64,000 nucleotides of DNA from Eledone cirrhosa. Lineage: Eukaryota. Below the pieces are notes generated by a model. It saw only the letters and a list, made by a program, of their open reading frames with translations. It searched no databases and was not told the DNA's origin. Each line of letters starts with the position of its first letter. Within the stretch, counting starts at the first letter, position 1. The DNA is taken from the NCBI GenBank assembly GCA_964016885.1, contig OZ024740.1, positions 154,318,001 to 154,382,000 of the forward strand. Direction: 5' to 3'. Positions 25,937 through 36,847 of the stretch are shown piece after piece. A program made the translations under genes and the position numbers.

Positions 25937-27761
25937 TGTTCTTTGAGTCTCAGTCATTGATGTTAGTTAACTGGAAAGTTTGTTGAAATGAATATCAAGC
26001 CACTACCTGCAGCCTCAGATATTCAGGACGTATCGGAGGGTTCTTGCTGGTCCCAGCAAGCATGCCTTTTGAGGCGTTCCAAAAAGCGTGAAGGGGCCAA
26101 TTTTCTTTAACCATCCCTGGAAACTTTTTGAGATAGTACCTAGTGCGCCTATGACAATCGAAACCATTTTGACTTCATGGCAGTTCCAAATCCTTTTTAC
26201 CTCCCACTTTAAGTCCTGGTATCGGTTAATTTTCTCCCTCTTCTTCTCTTGCACTCTCGTGTCGAATGGGCAGGCCTCATCCACAATCAGGCACGATCTT
26301 TTTTCCTTGTCAAAAACCACCAGGTCAGGTCTATTCTGTTCCAGTTTCTTGTCCGTCTGTATCCTAAAATCCCACAGCACCTTCACCTGGTCGTTTTCTA
26401 TCACCGACTCTGGCTTATGCTCATACCACTTCTCAGAATGTGGTAAATTGTTTACTTTGCATAGGTGCCAGTGGATCACCCTGCCCATCACATCATGTCT
26501 CCAGCCCTTATAGTGAGTCTGGGCTAGGTGTTTACACTCGGATACAATTTGATCCACAGTCTCCTCTCTCTCTCCACAGATCCTGCGCAGTGGGCTAGCC
26601 TCCTCCTTGTAAATATGATGTTTCAACCACTTCGTTTTGAGGGCCTGCTCTTGCGCAGCCATTAACATTCCTTCTGTAGCCTTTTTAAGGTCTCCTCTTT
26701 TCAACCAGTTCCATGTCTGTGGATCTCTGAATTCAGTTTTCTCAAAGAAGGCACTATGAAGGGATTTTTCATGAAGGCTGCTCTTACTCCTTGTTATTTC
26801 CTCCTTGGACATCACCTGGTCTATTGTCCTCTCCTTCAGTACAATTCTGAGCATTGGCTCCTTACTATCAGTCACGTACTTGTGTAGGTTGTTTTTCTCC
26901 ATCTGAACACAGTCCTCTATGCTGATAAGACCTCTTCCACCTTCAGATCTCCTTAAGTAGAGTCTATCGACATCACTCCTCTTGTGGAACATGTTGTAGA
27001 TAGTCAATAGCTTCCTAGTCTTCCTATCCATTTCTTTTTGTTCAGCAACATTCCATCTCAGAATTCCCGCACTGTACCTAATAATAGACACAGCTCGGGA
27101 ATTTACTGCACTTATGGCATTCCTACTGTTCAGATGTGACTTTAATACGCTCCTTACTCTCCGAATGTATTCAGATCTTATCAATTCCTTCATTTTTTTG
27201 TTCTTGATGTCATCAGCCTCCAGGACACCCAAATACTTGTATCCTTCTTCAGTGTCAATTTCCTTTATCATCTCACCTGTTGGTACCTGGATGCCGTTGC
27301 TTCTGCTCAATTTACCCCTCTTCATCACAATGACTCCACACTTACTAATACCAAATTGCATACATATATCATTGCTGAAAATACGGACAGTGTCAACAAG
27401 CACATCCAACTCCTTCTCACTCTTCCCGAAGAGCTTAAGATCGTCCATGAAGAGGAGGTGATTGATGGTAAGCTCTCCCTTTCCCAACTTGTATCCTGCT
27501 CTCACTTTTCGCAGTATAATGGTCAGGAACATCAGGGCAAGGACAAACAACAGAGGGGTGAGACTATCTCCCTGGAAGATACATCTCTTGATCTTCACGT
27601 CTCCCAAGGATTTTCCAGCTGATGTTAACTCTGTTTTCCAGGACTTCATACTTTTGCCCAACAACTGTCTGATGTTATCTGCCACCTTGAAGATCTCTAG
27701 GCTTTTGGTTATCCAAGAATGAGGCACCATGTCAAATGCCTTTTTGTAGTCTATCCATCCC
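25937..27761 (-). mobile_element. Dong/R4-type RLE LINE, family B, 5'-truncated, 582-aa open frame
   Basis: WIDYKKAFDMVPHSW, FQGDSL, HLLFMDDLKL, RHD, RPDLVV, RYQDL, GALG; flanked by (TAA)n. Confidence 0.92.
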
Positions 27762-27782
27762 ATTATTATTATTATTATTATT

Positions 27783-27968
27783 AGGGCGGGGGATTGGCAG
27801 TATCGGTAGAGGGTCGGACGCCATGCTTTCCAGCATAGTTACCTCCCTTTACGATCTGAGTTCAAATCCCGCCGAGGTTGACTTTGCCTTTCATCCTTAC
27901 GGGGTCGATAAAATAAAGTACCAGTAATGCACTGGGTAATTGCTGGCCCTGTGCCTAAAGTAGAAACA

Positions 27969-27969
<1 letters not shown>
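27783..27969 (+). mobile_element. tRNA-derived SINE, full length
   Basis: A-box-like TGGCAGTATCGG 27795-27806, B box GAGTTCAAATCC 27858-27869, shared core, (TTA)n on both sides. Confidence 0.9.
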
Positions 27970-28037
<68 letters not shown>

Positions 28038-28245
28038 GGCGACCTACGTAGTAAATCGTATCATCGTGAGCTCCGCAAAGGTTTGTTATTTCCGTTTGTT
28101 AAAAATTGCCATTTATGGAAAATTTTATTGTTAACTGTTTATAAGCACACATACATTGTTTTCCGAAAAGGACACCCAAAAAGATTGGGGCCTTGTGCCC
28201 AAAATTTTAACTTTTATTATTATCAAAAAATTTCTTTGAAAAAAA

Positions 28246-30199
28246 ATGGCTACTTCACCTCTGGACGAAGTAGTTGAAAGCCTTCCTCACAAAATAACAC
28301 CTCACACCGACACCACCATTGTAAATGTTACTACGTTTGCCAACACAAAAAAAAATATAAGCAGTAGCAATATTTTAAATTTGTCTCAGGCAGACATTCA
28401 TTTCCCGCCATTACCAATGACTGCAGGTGTTAAAGCCTCCACCACCACCACCACCACCGCGACAACCACCACCACCACCACCACCGCGACAACAGAAACA
28501 AAAGAAGAAAGAAATAAATTAACTCGCGATGTCGAAATGAAATCAAGCAAAATGGACTCTTCCGCACCAAAGACGACTGACGTCACCACCACCACAACTG
28601 AAACTAAAATTAATATTAACGATAGCAACAACAACAACAATGACATTATAAAACCCCCCCTCAGTTTCGCCAGAGTAGCAAAACAGTTCGAAGATTATAC
28701 GGTAACTCAGGAGGATTTAGAAAATGCCAAACAAATGGTAAAGAAAGATGGGTACAGGGTCAGCCTCACCCCCCACCTAATAAAATGGAGCATCGGCGCC
28801 TATGCACCGTGTCGTATAGAACAATAAATGTAAAATCGCGCCGAGTGGAACGGGCATCCGAGTCCCAAATCCAAAAAGCTTTGGGACATGTGTGGGCAAG
28901 AAAAACCCACATCAGACGTGGGCAAAAATATGGAACCGTGGATGTGTTCTTTGAAACACCAGAGGAGGCTAGAGAACACTCCATGGCCCCATTAAAAAGT
29001 GACGACTTCACACTCGTCACAATCTATTGTGGCCAGAGACTCGTAAAGATCAGGGTGACCCACGTTCCACCGGTCATCGAAATTCCCTGGCTAATAGCGG
29101 CTGTCCTCGCCGGCATCGAAGCCAACACGAAAATAATAGCAATAGCAAAAGAAAAGCAGGAAAACTGGTCCGGATCTGGGATGGAGCTCCTGATCCAAGC
29201 GGACCAAAAAAGCATTGAGGAGATCCCAGAGGTAATAGACCTCACTGACGGCAGCCACCTCACGGTAATTGTCGAGGGCAGAAGACCTAGGTGTGTCGTT
29301 TGTGGTGAAGGAACCCACCTAAGGGCTTTCTGCCCTCAGGCTAAAAGGTTGAGGCCACCTCTCCTACCCACCCCAGTGACACAACCATCAACACCACCAG
29401 TAGCAGAGATGGCAGCAACAACTGTAGCAGCAACAACAGAAGCAACTATAACAGCAACAACCCCAGCAACAGTAGCAAAACCAACACCACCACCACCCAA
29501 CGCTTCAGAACTAGCACCAGCGCCTACACCATCCACCACACCACAACCAAAACTAACGGCTGTGGAGGATTTTCCACTCCCCGGCCAATCACAACTGGAG
29601 ACAGATTGTGACGACGAGGAGTGGGAAACGATATCCGGAAAAAAAAAAGAAACCAAAAAAGAAAAAATTCTCTTCCTTCCCCCTCCAAAAACAAAATACA
29701 GAGGGAAACAAATAAATTAAGAAACAAAAAGGTTAGGACAGATATGCCACCATCCACACCAGCATCACCAACCCCATCAACCCAAACACCAACACCATCA
29801 TTAACCCCAGCACCACCATCACCTATACCACAAAAGTCACCAAAATGCGAAACAGAAACAAACCCACAACAAACGCAAACAAAATAAAACAATCAAAACG
29901 ATACACACTACACAGCATTAAATTTGAACAACAAGCAATTATTACACTACATCCAACACAACACCAGCATCACAGAAAAAGACTACACAACAACCCCAAA
30001 ATTCACACCACCTCCACACATACAAATCACTCGCATCACACAGAAAACGTACATGGCACTAAAACAAAAATTCCCCAAAGACATCGGAGACTTCCGACAA
30101 GCACTCTCCAGGAGGATTTATAAGGACATCCTTCCTGAGGAGGCCACAAGCAGTGAAAAGGATGGAAAAACCGTCCTTCCCCTACGAGAAGTAAGGTAA
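28246..30199 (+). pseudogene. Element B ORF1, frameshifted
   Basis: EGRRPRCVVCGEGTHLRAFC knuckle; Pro/Thr linker; C-terminal domain ending LREVR-stop. Confidence 0.85.
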
Positions 30200-30233
30200 G
30201 TGGTCTTTCCCATCTTTTCCACTCCTTTTCAAC

Positions 30234-33200
30234 ATGACCTCACTCAGAATAGGCAGCATAAATGCGCGTGGCTTGGGGTCGTCATGGAAGCAGGGCCACC
30301 TGCTCAACGACCTCAGATCACTAAACATAGATGTAGTGGCCATCAGCGAGACCAGAATCTCCGAAGCACAGGCTTTCGCACCGATCTTCGGCGGCTACGA
30401 TGTGTACGCATCTCCCAGCCGTCCGGGATCGGGGGGAGGAGTTGCTGTGCTTTTTCGGAGAGGTTTGGATCTTGCCATACGGGCCATCTTCCTGGACCCA
30501 GAAGGTAAGTTGGTGGTGCTGGACGTGACCAGCGGAGACGGGCAAGCTTTCAGGTTAGTGGCCGTCTATGCCCCGATAGGAGCAGGGCGGCCTGGTTTCT
30601 TCCGGCGTCTGGAGACCTTTCTTGGAACTCCCGCTCTTTAGTGTTAGTGGGCGACTGGAACGGGATCTTAGATGCACGCTGGGATTGTGTGGGATTAGTG
30701 GATAGGGAAGGAGGGTGCAAAAGTCTCACCAACCTGCTCAAACGTTTTGAACTGTCTGACAGGTACGGAATGGATTTCCCGAATGTACCAATGTGGACTT
30801 GGACAAATCGCATAGGGTCATCCAGATCATATCTAGATAGAGTATTTTGTAGGGAAATAGATAGGTCTAGCATAGGCTGTCCACAATTCAAGATAGTCAG
30901 CTACACGGACCACAAATTCGTGATCTGTGTGCTTGACTTAGATAGGCTTCATAGGCGAGGACCCGGCTACTGGAAGCTAAACGCGTCCTTACCAGCGCGC
31001 AAGGCCTACAGAGACCGGATTAGCGAACTAGTTAAGCGGGCGTTGACGGGGGCCATCGTCAACAACAAGTGGTGGTTTGCTCTGAAAAGAGCAATTAGAA
31101 TAGAGTCCATTAGGTTTAGTAAGACTTTAGCAATAGAGATAAATAGAGCAGAGGGAGAATTAGTTAGAAAATTAGATGAGGCGCTTAGCAAAGGCATCGC
31201 GACCGACGTACTTGCGGCGAAATTGGCCCTTGACCAATTCTTCAATGCAAAGCACGAAGGCTGCGTTGTCAGAGCTAGGGTGCGTGCTCTCAGACACAAG
31301 GGGACGAAAGCCGTTCAATGGGCCCGAGTGGCGGAGGCGCGTCGTGGCAACAAAGCCACGATCCGGTCTTTGGTGGACCATGACGGGCGCATGCTACTCG
31401 ATCCCGGGCAAATGTGTGAAGCTTTTCAGCGACACTTCGCTCAACTGTTCGGGGGCAGTGGCGGGCCGGATCGAGGGATGGACTTTAGTGTCTATCTCGA
31501 CGGACTGCCGCGGCTTTCGGCCACTGAGGCGGAGTGTTGCGAAAAGCCGATAACAACCGCTGAAGTACGGGATGCAATAACTAGTTGCACAAGGGGTAAA
31601 TCGCCTGGTTTGGATGGTCTGCCCTATGAACTTTACGTACAAATGCCAAACTTTTTCGGAGGCCTCTTGGCGGACGTCTACTGCAACTGGCAACAGAACG
31701 GGAGAATTCCCAGCTCTGTGAGCCGAGGAGCGGTGGCGCTGCTGAGAAAGGATCCGAACAAGGGGGATAACATAGATAATTTTAGGCCCATAACTCTGCT
31801 AAACACAGAGTTCAAGATTTTGGCCAAGGTGCTAGCAAAGAGGTTGGCGCTTGTCGTTGGTGGTCTGGTGGGAGAGGCACAGACATGCGCCATTCCCGAC
31901 AGATCCATCCACGACAACCTCAACCTCATGCGATACATCATAGAGAGGGTAGCTAAGGAACCTGGCACGGGTGGGTCCTTGATCAATTTAGATCAGTCGA
32001 AAGCTTTCGATAGGGTCGACCATCGTTACCTAGCGGCAGTCCTGAGGGCGGCTGGCTTTGGGCCCGTCTTCAGAGGCTGGATCGCTGCCATGCACAGCGA
32101 CATCTGCTCTGTGGTGAGAGTGAACGGTCACCTTTCGGAACCGTTCAACATCATGCGCTCGGTCCGCCAAGGATGTCCCCTCTCGTCCCTATTGTACGTA
32201 TTGACTCTCGAGCCATTACTGCACAAACTGGAGACGTTGAGGGGGGTCCCGCGCGAACTATGATGCGGAAGATCCGTGTCAGCATATGCCGACGATGTCA
32301 CCGTAGTGGTGTCGAACGCCAAACACATCGAGGCGATCGGCACTACACTAAGAGAATACGAAGCGGTGACAGGAGCAATGATCAACCAGGAAAAGTCAGT
32401 GGGCCTGCAGCTCGGCACCTGGAGAGGCAGGTCCATGCCGTCCAACAGCGTCGTCGGGCGCTGGACGGACGGACCGGTTAAATTGCTAGGGGTCTGGTTC
32501 GGTCCAGACCTCCAGACGGACAAAAACTGGGACGAGGTGACGAGCAGGGTGGCTTCTCTCACCCAGAAATGGGCCGAGAGGAAGCTATCCCTGAAAGGTC
32601 GAGCGGAGGTGGCGAATGCGTACATCGCATCCGTCATCTACTACCGCCTGACCGTCGTACCTTGTCCTAAGCCCCGCCTGACTGCGCTGGAGCATTTGCT
32701 GTTTCGCTTTTTGTGGAAGGGACGCGCTCCGATGGTCAGGCGGTCCATCTGCTGTCAACACCCGCTACGTGGAGGGCTGGGCATGCCGTGGCTGATGATG
32801 CGCAGACATGCGCTCAGGCTACGACATCTCCACCTCTTCCTCGACGGTGATCAGGTGTGGTCGCCGTTTGCTAGACACGTTTTTCCCCAGCTCGTCTCCT
32901 TGACGGAGCTGCAGTCCTGGGTCAAGCGAAGACCGAGAGGGAGCGCTTGGAGACTGGAATGTCTTCAGGCGCTCACAGCCCTCGACCAATCGGGCAATGT
33001 GATCGGTGGAAACTCCACCTTGGCGTTCTATAGGGGATTAGTGGAGGGGAAGAGCGACGACGTACTTGGAGAAACTCTAGGCGTCGACGAAAATCAACTA
33101 GCCAATCTCTTCGGAAGGACTTTCGGGCCGGGGCCTATGGACAACTTCCAGAAATCCCTGGCCTGGCAGTGCTACCGAGGAGCTTTGCCAGTTCGGGATA

Positions 33201-33652
33201 AACTCTACAGGCATGGAGGTGCCGTCAGCCGGGCATGTCCGAGATGCGCGCAGGGCGACGAAACTGTCCTGCACGCACTCGTCCAGTGTCCGAGCATTGC
33301 TGACTTGTGGGTTTATGTCGAACACCTGCTGTCACGTGTAGGACGGATCCAGCTATCAGCTGAGTCCATCGTGAGGATTGCCCCGCCCCCTTCCTTTAGC
33401 CGGGAAGGGCAGGCAGTTTTTATCTGTCTGGTGGCCATGGCGAAAGAGATAGTATGGTGGACACGTTTGAAAGGGCTGAAGACGAGGACTTACCTCTTCG
33501 GTGATGCCCTGATTAACTTTTTCAAATTTCATTTGAAAAGGAAAATCAGGGTAGAGAGGGAAGTGCTCTCTTCCCAGCATTTTGTTGAAAGATGGGTGAG
33601 AGAAGCAAGTATGGCCCGAATGAATGGGCCTTCTCTGAGTATGTGTCTGTAA
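30234..33652 (+). pseudogene. Element B ORF2 (APE, RT, CCHC), two lesions
   Basis: SINARG, ISET, VYAP, GDWN, YLDR, YTDH; LDQSKAFDRV, RQGCPLS, AYADD; frameshift near 30635 and TGA at 32261-32263 where element A has Gly. Confidence 0.95.
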
Positions 33653-33927
33653 ATTAAAGGTGGAAAACTGGGAGAGGGCACTTGCCCTGGTAGTCAGGGC
33701 CACTGTGGTCTTTTAATGGGCTTTCTCCACAAATGTCCCTCGGAAGTCTCCCCCCTATTGGGGAATTTTTCTTTGTTATTTTATTTCAACCTCTGTTTTT
33801 TTTACACGCAGAAATGCCCTTTTGTACCGTCCTGTATTGTTCTGTACTGTCCTTAATGTCTACTTTATGTAAACCCTGGTGGTTAATAAAGAAAACATTA
33901 TTATTATTATTATTGTTGTTATTGTTA

Positions 33928-34247
33928 TTCCTTGAATCTCAGTCATTGATGTTGGTTAACTGGAAAGTCCGTTGGATTGAATATCAAGCCACTACCTGCA
34001 GCCTCAGATATTCAGGACGTATCGGAGGGTTCTTGCTGTTCCAAGCAAGCATGCCTTTTGAAGCGTTCCAAAAAGCGTGAAGGGGCCGATTTTCTTTAAC
34101 CATCCCTGGAAACTTTTGGAGATAGTCCCCAGTGCGCCTATGACAATCGGGATCACTTTGACTTCATGGCAGTTCCAAATCCTTTTCACCTCCCACTTTA
34201 GGTCCTGGTATCGGTTAATTTTCTCCCTCTCCTTCTCTTGCACTCTC
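33928..34247 (-). mobile_element. Dong/R4 family B 3' fragment
   Basis: Near-identical to 25937-26257; lies between (TTA)n tracts. Confidence 0.9.
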
Positions 34248-34262
34248 TTATTATTAACTCTC

Positions 34263-34315
<53 letters not shown>

Positions 34316-34322
<7 letters not shown>

Positions 34323-34706
34323 TTTTCCAATTTCATTTGAAAAGGAAAATCAGGGTAGAGAGGGAGGTGCTCTCTTCCCAGCTTTTTGTTTTAAGATGGG
34401 TGAGAGAGGCAAGAATGGCCCGAGTGAGTGGACCTACTCTGAGTATATGCCTGTAAATTGAAGGTGAAAAACTGGGACAGGACAATTGCCCTGGTGGTCA
34501 GGGTCACCGTGGCTTTTTTTAATGGGCTTTCTCCACGATGGACCTCAGAAGTCTCCCCCTATTGGGGAATTTTTCATTGTTCTATTATTACATCCTCTGT
34601 TTTTTTTGTTTTTTACACGCAGAAATGCCCATTTGTACCGTCCTGTATTGTCCTGTACTGTCCTTAATGTCTACTTTGTGTAAACAATTGTGGTTAATAA
34701 AGAAAG

Positions 34707-34707
<1 letters not shown>
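34316..34707 (+). mobile_element. Tx1 element-B-family 3' fragment
   Basis: Matches 33512-33896; the 5' truncation falls at an ATTAA microhomology with the (TTA)n tract. Confidence 0.9.
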
Positions 34708-34768
<61 letters not shown>

Positions 34769-34945
34769 TTTGAGACGTACAGTAGTATGTATATATATAC
34801 ATACATGCACACATATATATATGTACGTATTGATTTACCGAACATTTATTATAATGCTCAGTTTCTTTGTAAACAAGCATCCCGAATTAAGCCGTACAGT
34901 GTTTAGCAACCATCGTTGCCCTTTTGTTCAACACTGGCGAAAGAA

Positions 34946-34986
34946 CGATGTACTAGTTTCAAGCTTATTAGCTATCGTCAGCACCG
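34946..34986 (-). ncRNA. Minimal type I hammerhead, canonical core
   Basis: CGGTG-CTGACGA-TAGCTAATAAGCTT-GAAAC-TA-GTA-CATCG. Confidence 0.88.
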
Positions 34987-35456
34987 TATACCTTCCTGCC
35001 AGATGAGATTGAACGTCTGAAAGTATATACTTTCCTTATGCATATTAACGGCTGAGCAGCCGAATTTGCATATCGAGTGAGTAAATCGGCCGGGCGCACT
35101 GAAAACGATAAATGGAAAAAATGAAACGAAATTTCATTTCTCACTCACTCTTAGTACTGCTGTTACTTAAATATAAGTATGTATACGTACATACATATAT
35201 GTATACAGACGTACAGTAGTATGTATATATATATACATACATGCACACATATATATATATGTGTACGTATGGATTTACCGAACATTTATTATAATGCTCG
35301 GTTTGTTTGTAAACAAACATCTCGAATTAAGCCGTACAGTGTTTCGCAACCATCGTTGCCCTTTTGTTCAACACTGGCAAAGGAACGATGTACTAGTTAA
35401 TATGCATAAGGAAAGTATATACTTTCAGACGTTCAATCATCTGGCAGGAAGGTATA

Positions 35457-35497
35457 CGGTGCTGACGATAGCTAATAAGCTTGAAACTAGTACATCG
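35457..35497 (+). ncRNA. Minimal type I hammerhead, canonical core
   Basis: Same sequence as 34946-34986; palindromic stem III ACTAGT. Confidence 0.88.
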
Positions 35498-36346
35498 TTC
35501 CTTTACCAGTGTTGAACAAAAGGGCAACGATGGTTGCTAAACACTGTACGGCTTAATTCGGGATGTTTGTTTACAAATAAACCGAGCATTATAATAAATG
35601 TTCGGTAAATCCATACGTACATATATATATGTGTGCATGTATGTATATATATACATACTACTGTACGTCTGTATACATATATGTATGTACGTATACATAC
35701 TTATATTTAAGTAACAGCCGTACTAAGAGTGAGTGAGAAATGAAATTTCGTTTCATTTTTTCCATTTATATATATATATCGCACACTCCACGGAACTACA
35801 TTAGGAACTTACCCACGGACATACACACACAATTCTTTTTCGAACCACGCCACCTATATCCACACCACGTATAAACACCAACACACACGTGTGTACCCCC
35901 ACATATACACACTCAGCCTCCGGAATTCTCACAACCCCCTCCCTCACCCCTCTGACCCCTCCCCATCCACACGCACGCACACACCGACCTACACCCCACC
36001 CCACACATACACCTTTTCCCGAACATGGAACCTCGTTCTTCCCCCAACTCCCACATTCACATGCACACACACACACACACACACACACGTAGACCTACAC
36101 ACATACACAAACACCACCTTCAGCCCTCCCCGCTCGGACCCCCGCCTCCCTCTCCCTACTCCACTCGCCACCACCCCTACACGCCCTACACTCTTCCACC
36201 ACTTGTTTATCTTTATGTTTATTTTTATTTTTATTTGTACCCCTTCCACCGTTTTTCCTCCATTTTCTCTCCCCCCCCCTTTTTTCTAAATGTCTCTCCC
36301 CCACTCCCCCACACACCCTCGAAACTCTCTTCCCACCCACTTTTCT

Positions 36347-36376
36347 CCTGAAGAAGGGCTTATGCCTGAAACATCG
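36347..36376 (+). ncRNA. Minimal hammerhead motif in a probable PLE 3' end (about 35780-36458)
   Basis: CTGAAGA-AGGGCTTATGCCT-GAAACATC; stems I and III weak. Confidence 0.6.
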
Positions 36377-36458
36377 TTCCCCACCCCCACTCTCAAGAGC
36401 GTGAAACTAATAAACCTGTGTACTGTCTCTCTGTTTTTGTTCCCGTCCCAGTTTTCAC

Positions 36459-36591
<133 letters not shown>

Positions 36592-36802
36592 GATTATATA
36601 TATATATAATATTAAGGTTACTATTTATGGTTATGTATATATATATATTTATTTATTTACGTAAAGCACGGAGCGTATGTGCATAAACACGCACGCACGG
36701 TACTGTATTATGGCAGTATTGTGTTAGCTCAATCTACAAGAACAGAGCCGTTATATGCAAAAGAAACCAAAGAACGCTTACATACTCAAATAGTCTTTAT
36801 TT

Positions 36803-36847
36803 ACTTACAATGTTTCATCCTCACCTTTTGGCAGGAATCCTCAGAGC
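36803..36847 (-). ncRNA. Type I hammerhead motif, canonical core
   Basis: GCT-CTGAGGA-TTCCTGCCAAAAGGTGAGGAT-GAAAC-ATT-GTA-AGT. Confidence 0.7.

Larger units (their letters stand above)
28038..33896 (+). mobile_element. L1/Tx1-type LINE, full length (element B), inserted in (TTA)n
   Basis: 5' UTR, ORF1, ORF2, 3' UTR ending CCCTGGTGGTTAATAAAGAAAAC; (TTA)n at both ends. Confidence 0.95.
34773..35769. mobile_element. Non-coding ~435-bp hammerhead repeat (retrozyme-like): 1.4 tandem units plus an inverted 0.85 unit
   Basis: 34773-34958 repeats at 35207-35398; 35397-35769 is the reverse complement of a permuted unit. Confidence 0.85.

Noticed and set aside
27783-27875. tRNA gene
   Set aside because: A/B boxes are present but there is no cloverleaf, and the segment is always fused to the SINE body.
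31006-33703. Antisense and alternate-frame ORFs over the Tx1 ORF2
   Set aside because: Expected shadows of GC-rich coding DNA, with no motifs.
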